From: Camelus dromedarius
Taxonomy: Eukaryota
DNA length: 64,000 nucleotides
Direction of reading: 5' to 3'
NCBI RefSeq assembly: GCF_036321535.1
Contig: NC_087447.1
Location: 49,726,001-49,790,000, forward strand
Below, in pieces: positions 63,578-64,000 of this stretch. Within the stretch, counting starts at the first letter, position 1. Every line of letters begins with the position of its first letter. Made by a program: the position numbers and the translations under genes. The notes beneath the pieces were generated by a model. The model saw only the letters and a list, made by a program, of their open reading frames with translations. It did no database searches and had not been told where the DNA came from.

Positions 63578-64000
63578 CCAGGAAGGAGTTGGAGGGGCTG
63601 ATCAGCAAGTGCAGATGGGGAGACTGCTGATTTGATCCACCAAGAGGTGGCGGCAGAGATGTCCGCAGAGAGGTCTGTGGTGGGGCTTCACTTGGACAGG
63701 CAGGGAACTGGCTTCTTGAGATTTTAGGTGGGCAGGAGGGCAGGGCAGAGAGAGGAGGTTCCCTGGAGGGGCCAACAGAGGCTGGATTCTCCAGCTCCAG
63801 GCAGGCCTCGGGCTGCAGACTCCAGGTCAGAGGAAAGGCCTGTTTTCTGATGAGTCTCAGCCACACCCCACCCTCACCTGAGGATAGACATGACCCTTAG
63901 CATCTGGCTCCCAGCTAAGCCCTGGGCCTAACCTAGGCCACTCCACAAATACAGGCCAATGTTCTCAGCATTAATTTTGTGAAGACTGAATACCTAATGT

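Noticed and set aside
1..64000. CRISPR arrays, operons or other prokaryotic or foreign inserts
   Set aside because: No regularly spaced repeats or compositionally foreign gene blocks were seen. The window looks like ordinary mammalian DNA throughout.

Overview
Mammalian genomic DNA, most likely from a camelid (four copies of a tRNA-derived SINE resembling the camelid Vic-1 family). The window holds two tandem + strand genes of the DGAT2/MOGAT acyltransferase family. The first is the 3' five coding exons of a MOGAT2-like gene (611-6286; exon 1 lies upstream of the window), which is intact but differs from the neighbouring DGAT2 at several family-conserved residues. The second is a complete 8-exon DGAT2 (ATG 32268 to TGA 61006; 1086 nt, 361 aa, the short artiodactyl-type N-terminus) with a CpG-island promoter. 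The rest is intron and intergenic sequence with L1, MIR, MaLR/ERV LTR, MER5A and SINE copies, several with visible target-site duplications. I see no wholly new multi-gene system. The best leads are: a uORF whose stop overlaps the DGAT2 start (AUGA); a candidate alternative/poison exon in DGAT2 intron 1 next to an RFX X-box; a decayed remnant of the long exon 1; substitutions in DGAT2 motifs; a possible LTR-derived poly(A) signal; and the divergent MOGAT2-like protein. Comparisons with human, mouse and cattle sequences are from memory and need alignment. Repeat family names were assigned by eye.
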